From assembly GCA_002269645.1 (NCBI GenBank), contig NIVC01000592.1, forward strand, positions 372,001 through 436,000: a stretch of 64,000 nucleotides of DNA. Reading direction: 5' to 3'. Source of the stretch: Macrostomum lignano (lineage: Eukaryota). The position numbers and the translations under genes were made by a program. Of this stretch, positions 1-10,954 are shown in pieces; the stretch's first letter is position 1; each line of letters opens with the position of its first letter. The notes beneath the pieces were generated by a model. The model was not told the DNA's origin and made no database searches. It saw nothing but the letters and a program-made list of their open reading frames with translations.

Positions 1-646
1 TACGCCCTTGGGCGTGCACTACCCCGACAGGTTGCCGTCCAGAGACCCGATGGCCCGCGCTGGCACACCAGACGTGAGCGGCACCCGTGCGCCGGCGCTG
101 CCAGATGCCTCCGGAGTCACGGCTGGCCCTTGCGTGTGTCTATCAGGACTATCAGTACAGGACCGCAGAGACAGCAACAGCTGGCAATGTAATTATTCTC
201 AGTTAAAGCCTGAGAATGAGCGACTGAGCAGAGCTTGAGTGGGGACTGGAAAGATGCCATGCATGTATCGAGGATTATTTCCGTATGAGTACAAATATTT
301 CATTTTAATTTTTCAATTTCTGCCAAAAATTCTCAATTTTTCTAAACTGTTTTGTAATCGCTCACTTTTTTTTAGAAAAGACGGCTTCTTAACAGGTAAT
401 TATGCAAAACTGCAGATGCCCAGTGTGCAGCCAATTCATCCAAATCATCGCTCTCAAGTCAAGTATTTTTAAAAGGCCTACTAAAATAACATGCTACTGA
501 ATGTAAGTGCACCGATCAGACTCCCACATGAGCAATTTGCAGCTTAACAGTACGGATGACAAGCCATTTTTCCGCCCGTCGAAGGGGAAGAGATTACCCC
601 CTGCCATTTTCGCTTACGCTAGAAAGGCTCGAGCAACGTCCCATCT

Positions 647-868
647 AATGACCGAATCGAAGCCCCTCTAATGACTTAATTTAAGCCCATCTAATAACCG
701 AATCTAAGCCATTCTAATGACCGAATCTAAACCCCTGTAATGACCGAATCTAAAACCCTCTAATGCCCGAATCTAAGCCCTTCTAATGACCGAATCTAAG
801 CCCTTTCAATGACCGAATCTAAGCCCTTTAAATGATTGAATCTAAGCCCCTCTAATGACCGAATCTCG
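647..868. repeat. Minisatellite, ~23-bp unit (aatgaccgaatctaagcccctct)
   Basis: About 9 degenerate tandem copies read directly. Confidence 0.85.
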
Positions 869-1715
869 GCTTAAAAAATCCATGCAAAGACCGCATTTTA
901 AACTTGTACATAACCCCATAATCTAATCTTGTACGAGCTAGCTGGAACCGGATAAGCCCTTGCCTGTCCCTATAATAACCCAAGCACACTGATTAGTGCT
1001 CTATAAATATCAGACCTCACAATGAAGCACCTAATTAATGGCACGCACAGCTAAAGTAGCTGTAAAAAAGTGACGCCTATTTGAAACTGAATTTTATAAC
1101 AATACTAATAGTAATAATCCTCGACAAGACTCTAAAAATGAATACCAACGCAAGGTGCAGCTGAAGCTCAGGAAGCCGAGCTCGACAAGAGGAACTGCAC
1201 TAGACTGCGTGCCACACTGGATTCGTACAGTTCATGAGATCGCAGCATACCCGTACTAATAGTAACAACCAACACTCAGCCCCGCCGCCCACAGCTGACT
1301 TGGCCAGTCAGAAAATAACTTGCAATTAATGTCACTAATAAGCCCATGGAGTGCATAGCTCGTACTGTTCCGTACTATAATGCCACTTCCTTCGCTTTGT
1401 GCACTCGAAGCCCCTCGCCTCCCCGACACGCTTAACTTAAAGTAGGAACTTTACTTGAAATCTCTTTGAACAGTCTGGCTATTCCACATCTTGCGCCGTT
1501 GCTTTTGGAAAAGGTCAACGAGATTCTTCTTTCTACGAATATAATTCTAAGCAGAGTAAACTTGCACTCGCTCCGCTTTCCAGTGCCAATAATTCAATGG
1601 CGTGTCAGCTTTTTAGATGAAAAAGTTTTTCTGTTGCTGTATATACTACTTAGTAATGTAGGCAAATTAACTCTGAGTATTTTCTCGTTTAGTTTCATCC
1701 AGTCGTTACATGTAG

Positions 1716-2385
1716 TGCGGATGTCAGCTACTGACAGCAATTGTCAGTGCGGATGTCAGCTACTGACAGCAATTGTCAGTGCGGATGTAAGCTACTGACA
1801 GCAATTGTCAATGCGGATGTCAGCTACTGACAGCAATTGTCAGTGTGGATGTCAGCTACTGACAGCAATTGTCAGTGCGGATGTCAGCTACTGTCGGTAA
1901 GTGTCTGTGCGGATGTCAGCTACTGACAGCAATTGTCAGTGCGGATGTCAGCTACTGACAGCAATTGTCAGTGCGGATGTCAGCTACTGACAGCAATTGT
2001 CAGTGCGGATGTCAGCTACTGTCGGTAAGTGTCTGTGCGGATGTCAGCTACTGTCGGTAAGTGTCTGTGCGGATGTCAGCTACTGACAGCAATTGTCAGT
2101 GCGGATGTCAGCTACTGACAGCAATTGTCAGTGCGGATGTCAGCTACTGACAGCAATTGTCAGTGCGGATGTCAGCTACTGTCGGTAAGTGTCTGTGCGG
2201 ATGTCAGCTACTGACAGCAATTGTCAGTGCGGATGTCAGCTACTGACAGCAATTGTCAGTGCGGATGTCAGCTACTGTCGGTAAGTGTCTGTGCCGATGT
2301 CAGCTACTGTCGGTAAGTGTCTGTGCCGATGTCAGCTACTGTCGGTAAGTGTCTGTGCTAATGTCAGCTACTGACAACTAACTGA
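1716..2385. repeat. Minisatellite, 32-bp unit (gtgcggatgtcagctactgacagcaattgtca and a variant ending tgtcggtaagtgtct)
   Basis: About 20 tandem copies with two interspersed unit variants. The unit has internal inverted repeats (gtcag/ctgac, tgaca/tgtca). Lies just 3' of the MYND gene. Confidence 0.95.
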
Positions 2386-2549
2386 CAGTGCTATTATCAA
2401 ACAAATTTCAAAATTGATAAAGAAATGGAAAAGTGAACACCGGAGACTCAGTTTGGCTATCAAATTTCACAAATATATTTAAATGCCCTTACAAGAAAAA
2501 TGCATAGCTAGGTGCAAAATCCCGCAGAGCTGTGCACTCACAGCGCCAG

Positions 2550-5500
2550 TCACTTGCCGCACTCCAGCTTGTGCAGGCGCCAGTGCGCCCGCTGGCAGCG
2601 CCTGTCGCAGTACAGCCTCCGTCCGGAGCAGCCGCTGCAGGCCATCAGGCGGGACGGCGGCGGGGGAGCGGCCTTACCGCAGGCGTGGCACCGCTCGCGC
2701 ACCTGGGAGGCCACGGTAGCCACGCCGGTGCGGAAGGAGAGCTCCAGCTGCCGAGCCGCCAGGCAGGCCAGGTATTCATCCAGCTGAGCGCGGGTGGTCG
2801 GCACCGGGAACTCCTGGGTTGGCAAACAGGAATGACAGGTGAAAATAATTCGAGCGCCTGCCACCCCAGCAGCTACCCCGCCTCAGCAGCTACCCCCACC
2901 CCAGCAGCTACCCCGCCTCAGCAGCTACCCAGCCTCAGCAGCTACCCCACCCTAGCAGCTACCCCGCCTCAGCAGCTACCCCACCCCAGCCGCTACCCCA
3001 CCCCAGCCGCTACCCCAACTCAGCAGCTACCCCAACTCAGCAGCTACCCCAACTCAGCAGCTACCCCACCCCAGCAGTACCCTACCCCAGCAGCTACCCC
3101 ACCCCAGCAGCTACCCCACCCCAGCAGCTACCCAGCCTCAGCAGCTACCCCACCCCAGCAGCTACCCCACCCCAGCAGCTACCCCACCCCAGCAGCTACC
3201 CCACCCCAGCCGCTACCCCACCCCAGCAGCTACCCCAACTCAGCAGCTACCCCACCCCAGCAGCTACCCCGCCTCAGCAGCTACCCAGCCTCAGCAGCTA
3301 CCCCACCCTAGCAGCTACCCCGCCTCAGCAGCTACCCAGCCTCAGCAGCTACCCAGCCTCAGCAGCTACCCCACCCCAGCAGCTACCCCACCCCAGCAGC
3401 TACCCCACCCCAGCCGCTACCCCACCCCAGCAGCTACCCCAACTCAGCAGCTACCCCACCCCAGCAGTACCCCACCCCAGCAGCTACCCCACCCCAGCAG
3501 CTACCCCACCCAGCAGCTACCCCACCTCAGCAGCTACCCCACCTCAGCGGCTACTCCGCCGCAGCAGCAGCTACACCACCCCCAGCCCACCTGCTTGCCG
3601 CTGTCCGGCGAGTAGAAGCTCCAGCTGGCCGAGTCCGCATCGAACCGGATCGGCCGGGACAGCAGGCGGGAGGCCCGGCACGTCTCGGAGTTGAAGGCGC
3701 GCAGAAACTCCAGGCTGAGCTGGGCGGTGCCGGCGTGGTCGTGAGGCGAGCAGACGGCCAGGCAGTCCAGGCTGGGGCACACCGCCACCAGGGAGCGACC
3801 GGGCATCTCGGACAGCAGGCCCGGACACCAGGAGTCGGGCCGAAGCAGGGCAAGTCCGGCCAGCATTAGGTCGGAGTGCCGCTGGGCGAGGCGGCGCACC
3901 TAAGAAATGAAAGGGCAAAATGCGATGTGTGTTTTTTTGCCTTGCACTGCGGCCATGATGCCGCAATGATGCTAAGGAGGGTTCCCATCTTCTATGACCT
4001 CACATGCAGCCTCTCCTGTTTTTTATGACCTCACCTGCGGCCTCTCCTGTTTTTTATGACCTCACATGCGGTCTCTCCTGTCTTCTATGACCTCACCTGC
4101 GGCCTCTCCTGTCTTCTATGACCTCACCTACGGCCTCTCCTGTCTTCTATGACCTCACCTGCGGCCTCTCCTGTCTTCTATGACCCACCTGCGGCCTCTC
4201 CTGTCTTTTATGACCTCACCTGCAGCCTCTCCTGTTTTTTATGACCTCACCTGCGGCTCTCCTGTCTTCTATGACCTCACCTGCGGCCTCTCCTGTCTTC
4301 TATGACCTCACCTACGGCCTCTCCTGTCTTCTATAACCTCACCTGCGGCCTCTCCTGTCTTCTATGACCCACCTGCGGCCTCTCCTGTCTTTTATGACCT
4401 CACCTGCAGCCTCTCCTGTTTTTTATGACCTCACCTGCGGCTCTCCTGTCTTCTATGACCTCACCTGCGGCCTCTCCTGTCTTCTATGACCCACCTGCGG
4501 CCTCTCCTGTCTTCTATGACCTCACCTGCGGCCTCTCCTGTCTTCTATGACCTCACCTACGGCCTCTCCTGTCTTCTATAACCTCACCTGCGGCCTCTCC
4601 TGTCTTCTATGACCCACCTGCGGCCTCTCCTGTCTTTTATGACCTCACCTGCAGCCTCTCCTGTTTTTTATGACCTCACCTGCGGCTCTCCTGTCTTCTA
4701 TGACCCACCTGCGGCCTCTTCTGTCTTCTATGACCTCACCTGCGGCCTCTCCTGTCTTCTATGACCTCACCTGCGGCCTCTCCTGTCTTCATGACCTCAC
4801 CTGCGGCTGCCTGCCTTCTATGACCTCACCTGCGGCCTCTCCTACGGGTTCTCAAATGGCCTCTTCAATGACCTGCCCATGGCCTCTAAACCCCCTCACC
4901 AAACCACCGCCCTCCCAGCAGCGGGCGCAGCCTCCATCAGCGGTCCCGCCAGCATCTCCCGATTCAACCGGTTGGCGGCCTCCTTCATCGCCTCGGCCGC
5001 GGCCGCAGCTTCAGTCACGTGACGATACCGCTCGGGCATTCGCTCGTTCACCAGTCGCAGGCTGGCCGCTGCTCCGTCCGCTGAAACGGCCAGCACCGCC
5101 AGGCCGACGGTCAGCTCGGCAGACAGGCTGGAGAGGTGCGGCGCCAGCTGGGGCCAGTCGGCCAGCTCCACCGGCCGCTCCAGCTCGGACAGCTCCGCGG
5201 CCGTCAGGTCCGCGTGCTGCCGGCTCAGCGGGAAGGCCAACGGGCGGCCATCCGCGGGAACTTCGGCGGGGAAGAGAGGGGAAATGGAAATTGCTTCGAA
5301 TTATCTGACAGTTGTGTGAGCCACCAGTTTACCTCTGATCCCTCAGTGAGCCACCAGTTTATCGCTGATTCCTCAGTGAGCCACCAGTTTATCTCTGATT
5401 CCCCAGTGAGCCATCAGTTTATCTCTGATTCCTCAGTGAGCCACCAGTTTATCTGATCTCTCAGTGAGGCCCCAGTTTATCTCTGATCCCTCAGTGAGCC

Positions 5501-6973
5501 ACCAGTTTATCTCTGATTCCTCAGTGAGCCACCAGTTTATCTCTGATTCCTCAGTGACCCACCAGTTTATCTGATCTCTCAGTGAGGCCCCAGTTTATCT
5601 TTGATCCCTCAGTGAACCACCAGTTTATCTGATCTCTCAGTGAGCCACCAGTTTATCTCCTGAGTCTTCAGTGAGCCCCCAGTTTATCTCCAGAGTCTTC
5701 AGTGAGCCCCCAGTTTATCTGTGATTCCTCAGTGAGCCCCCAGTTATTCTCTAGAGTCTTCAGTGAGCCCCAGTTATTCTCCAGAGTCTTCAGTGAGCCC
5801 TAGTTATTCTCCAGAGTCTTCAGTGAGCCCCCAGTTTATCTCCTGAGTCTTCAGTGAGCCCCCAGTTTATCTCCAGAGTCTTCAGTGCGCCCCCAGTTTA
5901 TCTGTGATTCCTCAGTGAGCCACCAGTTTATCTCTGATTCCCCAGTGAGCCACCAGTTTATCTGTGATTCCCCAGTGAGCCACCAGTTTATCTGTGATTC
6001 CCCAGCGAGCCACCAGTTTATCTATGATTCCTCAGTGAGCCCCCAGTTTATCTCCAGAGTCTTCAGTGAGCCCCCAGTTTATCTCCAGAGTCTTCAGTGA
6101 GCCCCCAGTTTATCTCCAGAGTCTTCAGTGAGCCCCCAGTTTATCTCCAGAGTCTTCAGTGAGCCCCAGTTTATCTCCAGAGTCTTCAGTGAGCCCCCAG
6201 TTTATCTCCAGAGTCTTCAGTGAGCCCCCAGTTTATCTCCAGAGTCTTCAGTGAGCCCCAGTTTATCTCCAGAGTCTTCAGTGAGCCCCCAGTTTATCTC
6301 CTGAGTCTTCAGTGAGCCCCCAGTTTATCTCCAGAGTCTTCAGTGAGCCCTTAGTTTATCTCCAGAGTCTTCAGTGAGCCCCCAGTTTATCTCCAGAGTC
6401 TTCAGTGAGCCCCCAGTTTATCTCTGATTCCTCAGTGAGCTACCAGTTTATCTCCTGAGTCTTCAGTGAGCCCCCAGTTTATCTCCTGAGTCTTCAGTGA
6501 GCCCCCAGTTTATCTCCTGAGTCTTCAGTGAGCCCCCAGTTTATCTCCAGAGTCTTCAGTGAGCAAACCCCTTAGCGGGCCCTACAGGGCGGCTAGATCC
6601 AGCGCTCACCCTCTCCATACTGCTCAGCCGCGATCCGCACGGAGTCCTCCTCAATCTCAGCTAAGACCTGAGCCGCCAGGTGCTCGGCAGCTTCGGGCAG
6701 CAGGTCCAACTGGGGCTCGAATTGCCAAAACTGGTCCAGCGGATGCTGGTCAAGACCTTCCAGAGGACGGAAGTAAGCATACAGCCTGCCAGCAGTGGGT
6801 TCAGTCACCAGGGTGAGGCCAGGGTGCCAGCATTGGGCATCAATGGCATTCAGCAGCGACAGCAGTGGCAGATGGCTAAGCAGGGCTTGCTTTCTACCAG
6901 ATACCAGCAGCTGGTGCTGCTTCTCAGCTGCTAGCACAGGTGCAAAACTAGATTCAGTCTTGTCTAGTAGCAT
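2550..6973 (-). CDS. MYND-type zinc-finger protein, ~429 aa, 4 coding exons
   Basis: Exons 6610-6973, 4908-5260, 3591-3899, 2550-2813 join in frame with GT-AG ends (1290 nt). The C-terminus CHACGK...CSGC..RRLYCDRRCQRAHWRLHKLEC is a zf-MYND. The donor at 4907 (GCG|GTGGTT) is weak but is the only phase-compatible GT. An AG acceptor at 7020-7021 precedes the ATG. N-terminal region not recognised. Confidence 0.8.
2860..3590. repeat. Intronic minisatellite built on cagcagctacccc (MYND intron 3)
   Basis: Degenerate tandem repeat filling the intron; it generates the spurious PQQLP ORF. Confidence 0.9.
3995..4830. repeat. Intronic minisatellite, 31-bp unit (atgacctcacctgcggcctctcctgtcttct), MYND intron 2
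   Basis: About 27 tandem copies. On the sense (-) strand each unit carries GCCGCAG|GTGAGG. Confidence 0.95.
5315..6560. repeat. Intronic minisatellite, ~31-bp unit (cagtgagcccccagtttatctccagagtctt), MYND intron 1
   Basis: About 40 tandem copies with variants. Confidence 0.95.
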
Positions 6974-7940
6974 AGCTGAAGCTCTGCAGTGTTGTTTTTC
7001 AATTGGTTCTTTGGTGTAGCTAATAGTGGTCAAAAATTTCAAAATAAAATCAAATAATTTATCTTAACTTTGTGTTAAATTAATTGATTAACTATTGATA
7101 GAAGTTTTAAAATCTTGAGAATCTAAAAAATTATAAAGGTATTGATAACATAGATAACTCAAATGCAATATGGCACTTACATTTTGATGTTAAACTAAGA
7201 TAGGGCCTAAATAATAAAAAATCTAAAATAAACATTGGCAGATCATATAAGCAACCTCTTGCTTGCAATAACATACTACTGAGGATTTACTCCATTATGT
7301 TAGACATCTTATAAGAATATATAGCTTATCTCTTATTTAACTTATTCCTATGATGCAATAATCCATGGCCAACAACAATATGATAAGCTTTACTATCTTT
7401 GTTGAAGTTAGCAGAGCTGTAAGGATTTAAAATATAATAAGCATAAATAATTTATAACATTTAATTTACTATATGATAGTAGTTAAAATTCCAATAAAGT
7501 TATTTGTCCTTATCTATTCATTACAAAAAAACACAAAGTAACAATTTTAACCAAACCCTAGAAATAAAAGACATCCTAGCCAAAGCCAAAGTAAGCCAAT
7601 GGCTTTAAAAATTTAAGGCAATTGAAAAAATCAATAGAATAAGTGAGAGGAAGATATCTAAAAGTATACATTTATTGACCAACTTAGTAAAAAAGCCCTT
7701 AACTTGCTGGCTAATGCTTTACAACCCTATAAGCCAAAAGATAAGATTTCCAATGAGGAAATCATTAAGAGGAACTTTTTTAAAAGGAAACAAAGGCAAC
7801 AAAGTCAAGACTAGCCTATTTATAAACCTACTATTTGAAGCAAGAAGATAATGGAACTATTTGGCTAGGTCAACAGAGATTGTTAGAAAGTTTCTAATAG
7901 AAAAATTGAAAGATCTCACTTGGGAAATAATATCTGTGGC

Positions 7941-8153
7941 TAGGGATTCCAAAATCCCGACATTTTACAATCCCGGGATTGAATAGTCCCGAAATCCCGA
8001 TGCTGTTGAAATCCCGGGATTCAAAATCCCGGAATCCCGGTGCTTTTGCAATCCCGGGATTAAAAATCCCGGGATTCGATTCCCAAAAAAATCCCGGGAT
8101 TCAAATCCCGGATTTTTGGCCCCAATCCCGGGATCCCGGGATTGGAATCCCTA
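7941..8153. mobile_element. hAT-superfamily MITE (213 bp)
   Basis: Perfect 10-bp TIR TAGGGATTCC...GGAATCCCTA. Exact 8-bp TSD TCTGTGGC at 7933-7940 and 8154-8161. Interior packed with the palindrome AATCCCGGGATT. An 8-bp TSD with TAGGG ends is typical of hAT elements. Confidence 0.88.
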
Positions 8154-9620
8154 TCTGTGGCTAATAAAAGACAAAAAAGAAGTGACACTTTGATAATCAA
8201 TAAGACAGTTTCACAATGCAAGCCAGATGCATGACAAAAGATTACAAAGCAAGCTAGTTTTATAGAAAATGGAATCTAAAGAGCTAAGAAGACCAAACAA
8301 AACTTTTTTGCTATGGCAAAGAAATACAATTATAACTTAATTACTTAATATATAACTAGGCCTACGCCTACATATCTGCCTAGGCTTCACGTTAAGTCAG
8401 GCAGGCACTCACTCAGGCAGGCTATGGAATTTCATTAGATTAGATTAAATTTTAATGTTAAATTAGATTAAACGCCAATCACTCACTATTGCATGCTAAT
8501 CGAAACAGCAGCCAGGGCCCACGGGTGCTATTATTAATAATTATTATAATTATTATACTAAGCTTAAACTATAAAGCTAAAAAAAATTACCTACCCACAT
8601 TGTGGAAATTTAAAACTACTTCATTGATTCTCTCCAGAAGTCAGAATCAGATCGAGAGCTTTATTCTAAATTAACGTTTTGCTGATTTAAAAAAATGTAC
8701 TAACAAAACAACTTTTGCCTAGTCATACAGCTTAGGCTTTCGTATCATTTTGTTTATGTTTTATGTGCATAGACTGGGTGTCAAGTAAAGAAGTCCAACA
8801 AAAATTCAGTATAAAGTACTCTGAAACATTTATAAGTATGATTTTTAAGTTTGCAAGGAAGCAATAAGGAATGTTATCGTAACATTCCAGCAGGTTTATA
8901 TTTTTATCTTAGGAAATTAGTACAGGCCGGTCTCTCTTACCAAATCGTGCAAGACATGGCAACTGCGCTCGCTGTTTTTAAACAAAAAAGGGTTTAAAAT
9001 TGCTTTTTAACGATCCTTTGCCCAAGAGCATGACCCCATGACAAACAGACTGGGGTAACAGACAACAGACAGAGGCACCAGTTCAGCGGCACAAAGGGTC
9101 AGGAGGGCCATGACCGCGCGAGGGACCAGCTTCGACGCGGTCTGGGCGCTGGTGGCCAAAGCAGGCTGACATTCAACCTGCCGTTAATTAGGCCCGCGTT
9201 CGAGTCATTGACAAACGTATAGACTGATTAAAGTCTCGCAGAGTGTCTCTTCATCCGCGGTTGTTTTTCTAGCCTTTATGTACAATAGCTAGGGTTGGAA
9301 AACAAGTTTTGAACAGGTGCGAATATCATCCGGCAGTGGTGGCATGAATTTAAGCGCTGTAACTTAGTGAGTTCGCGGAGTGGAGTAGGCGGCGCGGGTG
9401 GATCTGGCGTCGGTATGGTTGTTAGCCGCGGTAGCGAAAGGCAGAGCGGAATGCTGAAAATTAAATAGTAGCTTTTTAAAGTACAAGACCATCTGCGGGG
9501 ACATCAACAGCAGTGGACGAGAGGATCGCTACAGTGTGTACGTAACTGAAAGCACCGAATACAAAAAATTACCAATGGTTGGTACTGATTCTAGATTTTT
9601 CCCTGCCGCAATTAACAAAA

Positions 9621-10243
9621 AAACCAAAAGCCGTCAAGACGGTCTCTGATGATCATATTGTCACCGGCCCAGACTTTGGCCCAGAGGGTTGTGGTGCGGC
9701 CTGGGGCTTCCTGGCTGCATGGTGATCTTGCATTGCTGGTGAGAGCGACCCGTATTTTAGGAAGATAACCGCGCTCTGTGCTGCTTTGAGCTGCCATTGC
9801 GCTAGGTGAACCTACCCGTGCAAAGAGCTGTTGGTAAAGGGGCTGCCTGCACATGACCAGGCCTCATGCCTGAGCCCCGAAGCAGCGTGCCCTGCCGAAG
9901 GCGAGACCCACCAAGAATTCGGGGATCCTAGTAGGCTTTGGAGCGTGTTCAGTTGCCCACAGCCACCCTGCCTGAAGGGAAATTTCCGCCGGAGAATGAT
10001 GGTTTCTGAGGAGGCCGGGTCTGACCCCACTAAAAGCGGGTTGGCGGAGTCAGACTGTGCAATAAAAATTCGCTTCGCAGTAAAGATCACCCAAAATTCT
10101 CGCCCCTGAAGGCGCCCAATCTCGCCTCTTATGGCTTAGGTGGTCCGGGTCCAGCACCCCTGGTGGACCCTCTACAGACTTCAGGGACAGAGCCCTACTC
10201 CGGGCTGATATCCTGCTGGGCAAACCCCGTTTAACAACAACAA
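9621..10243 (+). mobile_element. Non-LTR retroposon insertion (SINE-like or 5'-truncated LINE) with (AAC)n tail and SL-like 5' hairpin
   Basis: 12-bp direct repeat CAATTAACAAAA at 9609-9620 and 10244-10255 (TSD). 3' end gggcaaaccccgttt(aac)n. Internal hairpin GGGTCCA...TGGACCC at ~10148-10170. No intact ORF. Confidence 0.7.
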
Positions 10244-10954
10244 CAATTAACAAAAGATAGACATACGGTCGTACGATCGTGTTACACAGATTGTTTCCAT
10301 ATTTACACATATATGCAGGTATAGAAGCATACTACTGTTCTAAACGGCTTGTAATTAAATTTAAGCATTGAGGATTGTTTGCTTGAAGTGCAGCAGCGCC
10401 CAATGCCAATAACCCAGTTCAATTCTGCCTGCCTACTCTTGCAAAAGTACAATAATTTCTCTCTCGCTATACCCGACTCTGCCCCGCTTGTACAGGGCGG
10501 GTTGCCATTGACAACAGTCCAAACTGTACATGTATAGGGAAAATGTATGCCCCCGGTGAGACAAAAATGTGAGTATTAAGGTTACAGCTACTGAGGTATT
10601 TGTAGATGCGTTCAGAGGTGGAGTAGAGATTGAGAGAGAGGTGAGCAAACAGACTGAGTACGCGGAGCCCAGCTCTTTCCGGCTCATAGGAGCTCAAAGC
10701 TCTGCTCAAACAATGAAGGGCAAGCTGAAACCAAATGCGTACAGGGCCTCAGACAGGCGTGGGAAATCCTCTGATTGGATGAGAAGCCGACTGCTGTTCC
10801 TGCCACTCCCAACCTTCTCCTTCTGCTCCTGCTCTCCTGACTGGGTTACTAAAAATACAGCCATTGCAGTTCGGTTTATAAGGGACACAAAGTAACAATT
10901 GGTTGGGAAAATTCGATTTCAAATCCTTCTAGTGCTTCTCCCAACAGATAGAAT

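Noticed and set aside
8-238. GC-rich ORF at the window start
   Set aside because: Truncated context, no recognisable motif, strand and frame undecidable.
9100-9470. Possible degraded retrotransposon gag on the - strand
   Set aside because: Several stops, no recognisable motif and no LTRs found.
9628-9700. Hammerhead ribozyme (hairpin followed by CTGATGA at ~9646)
   Set aside because: No stem II or GAAA core follows.
10433-10895. Overlapping short ORFs upstream of Shisa A
   Set aside because: No recognisable domain or coherent exon structure; probably promoter or UTR sequence.
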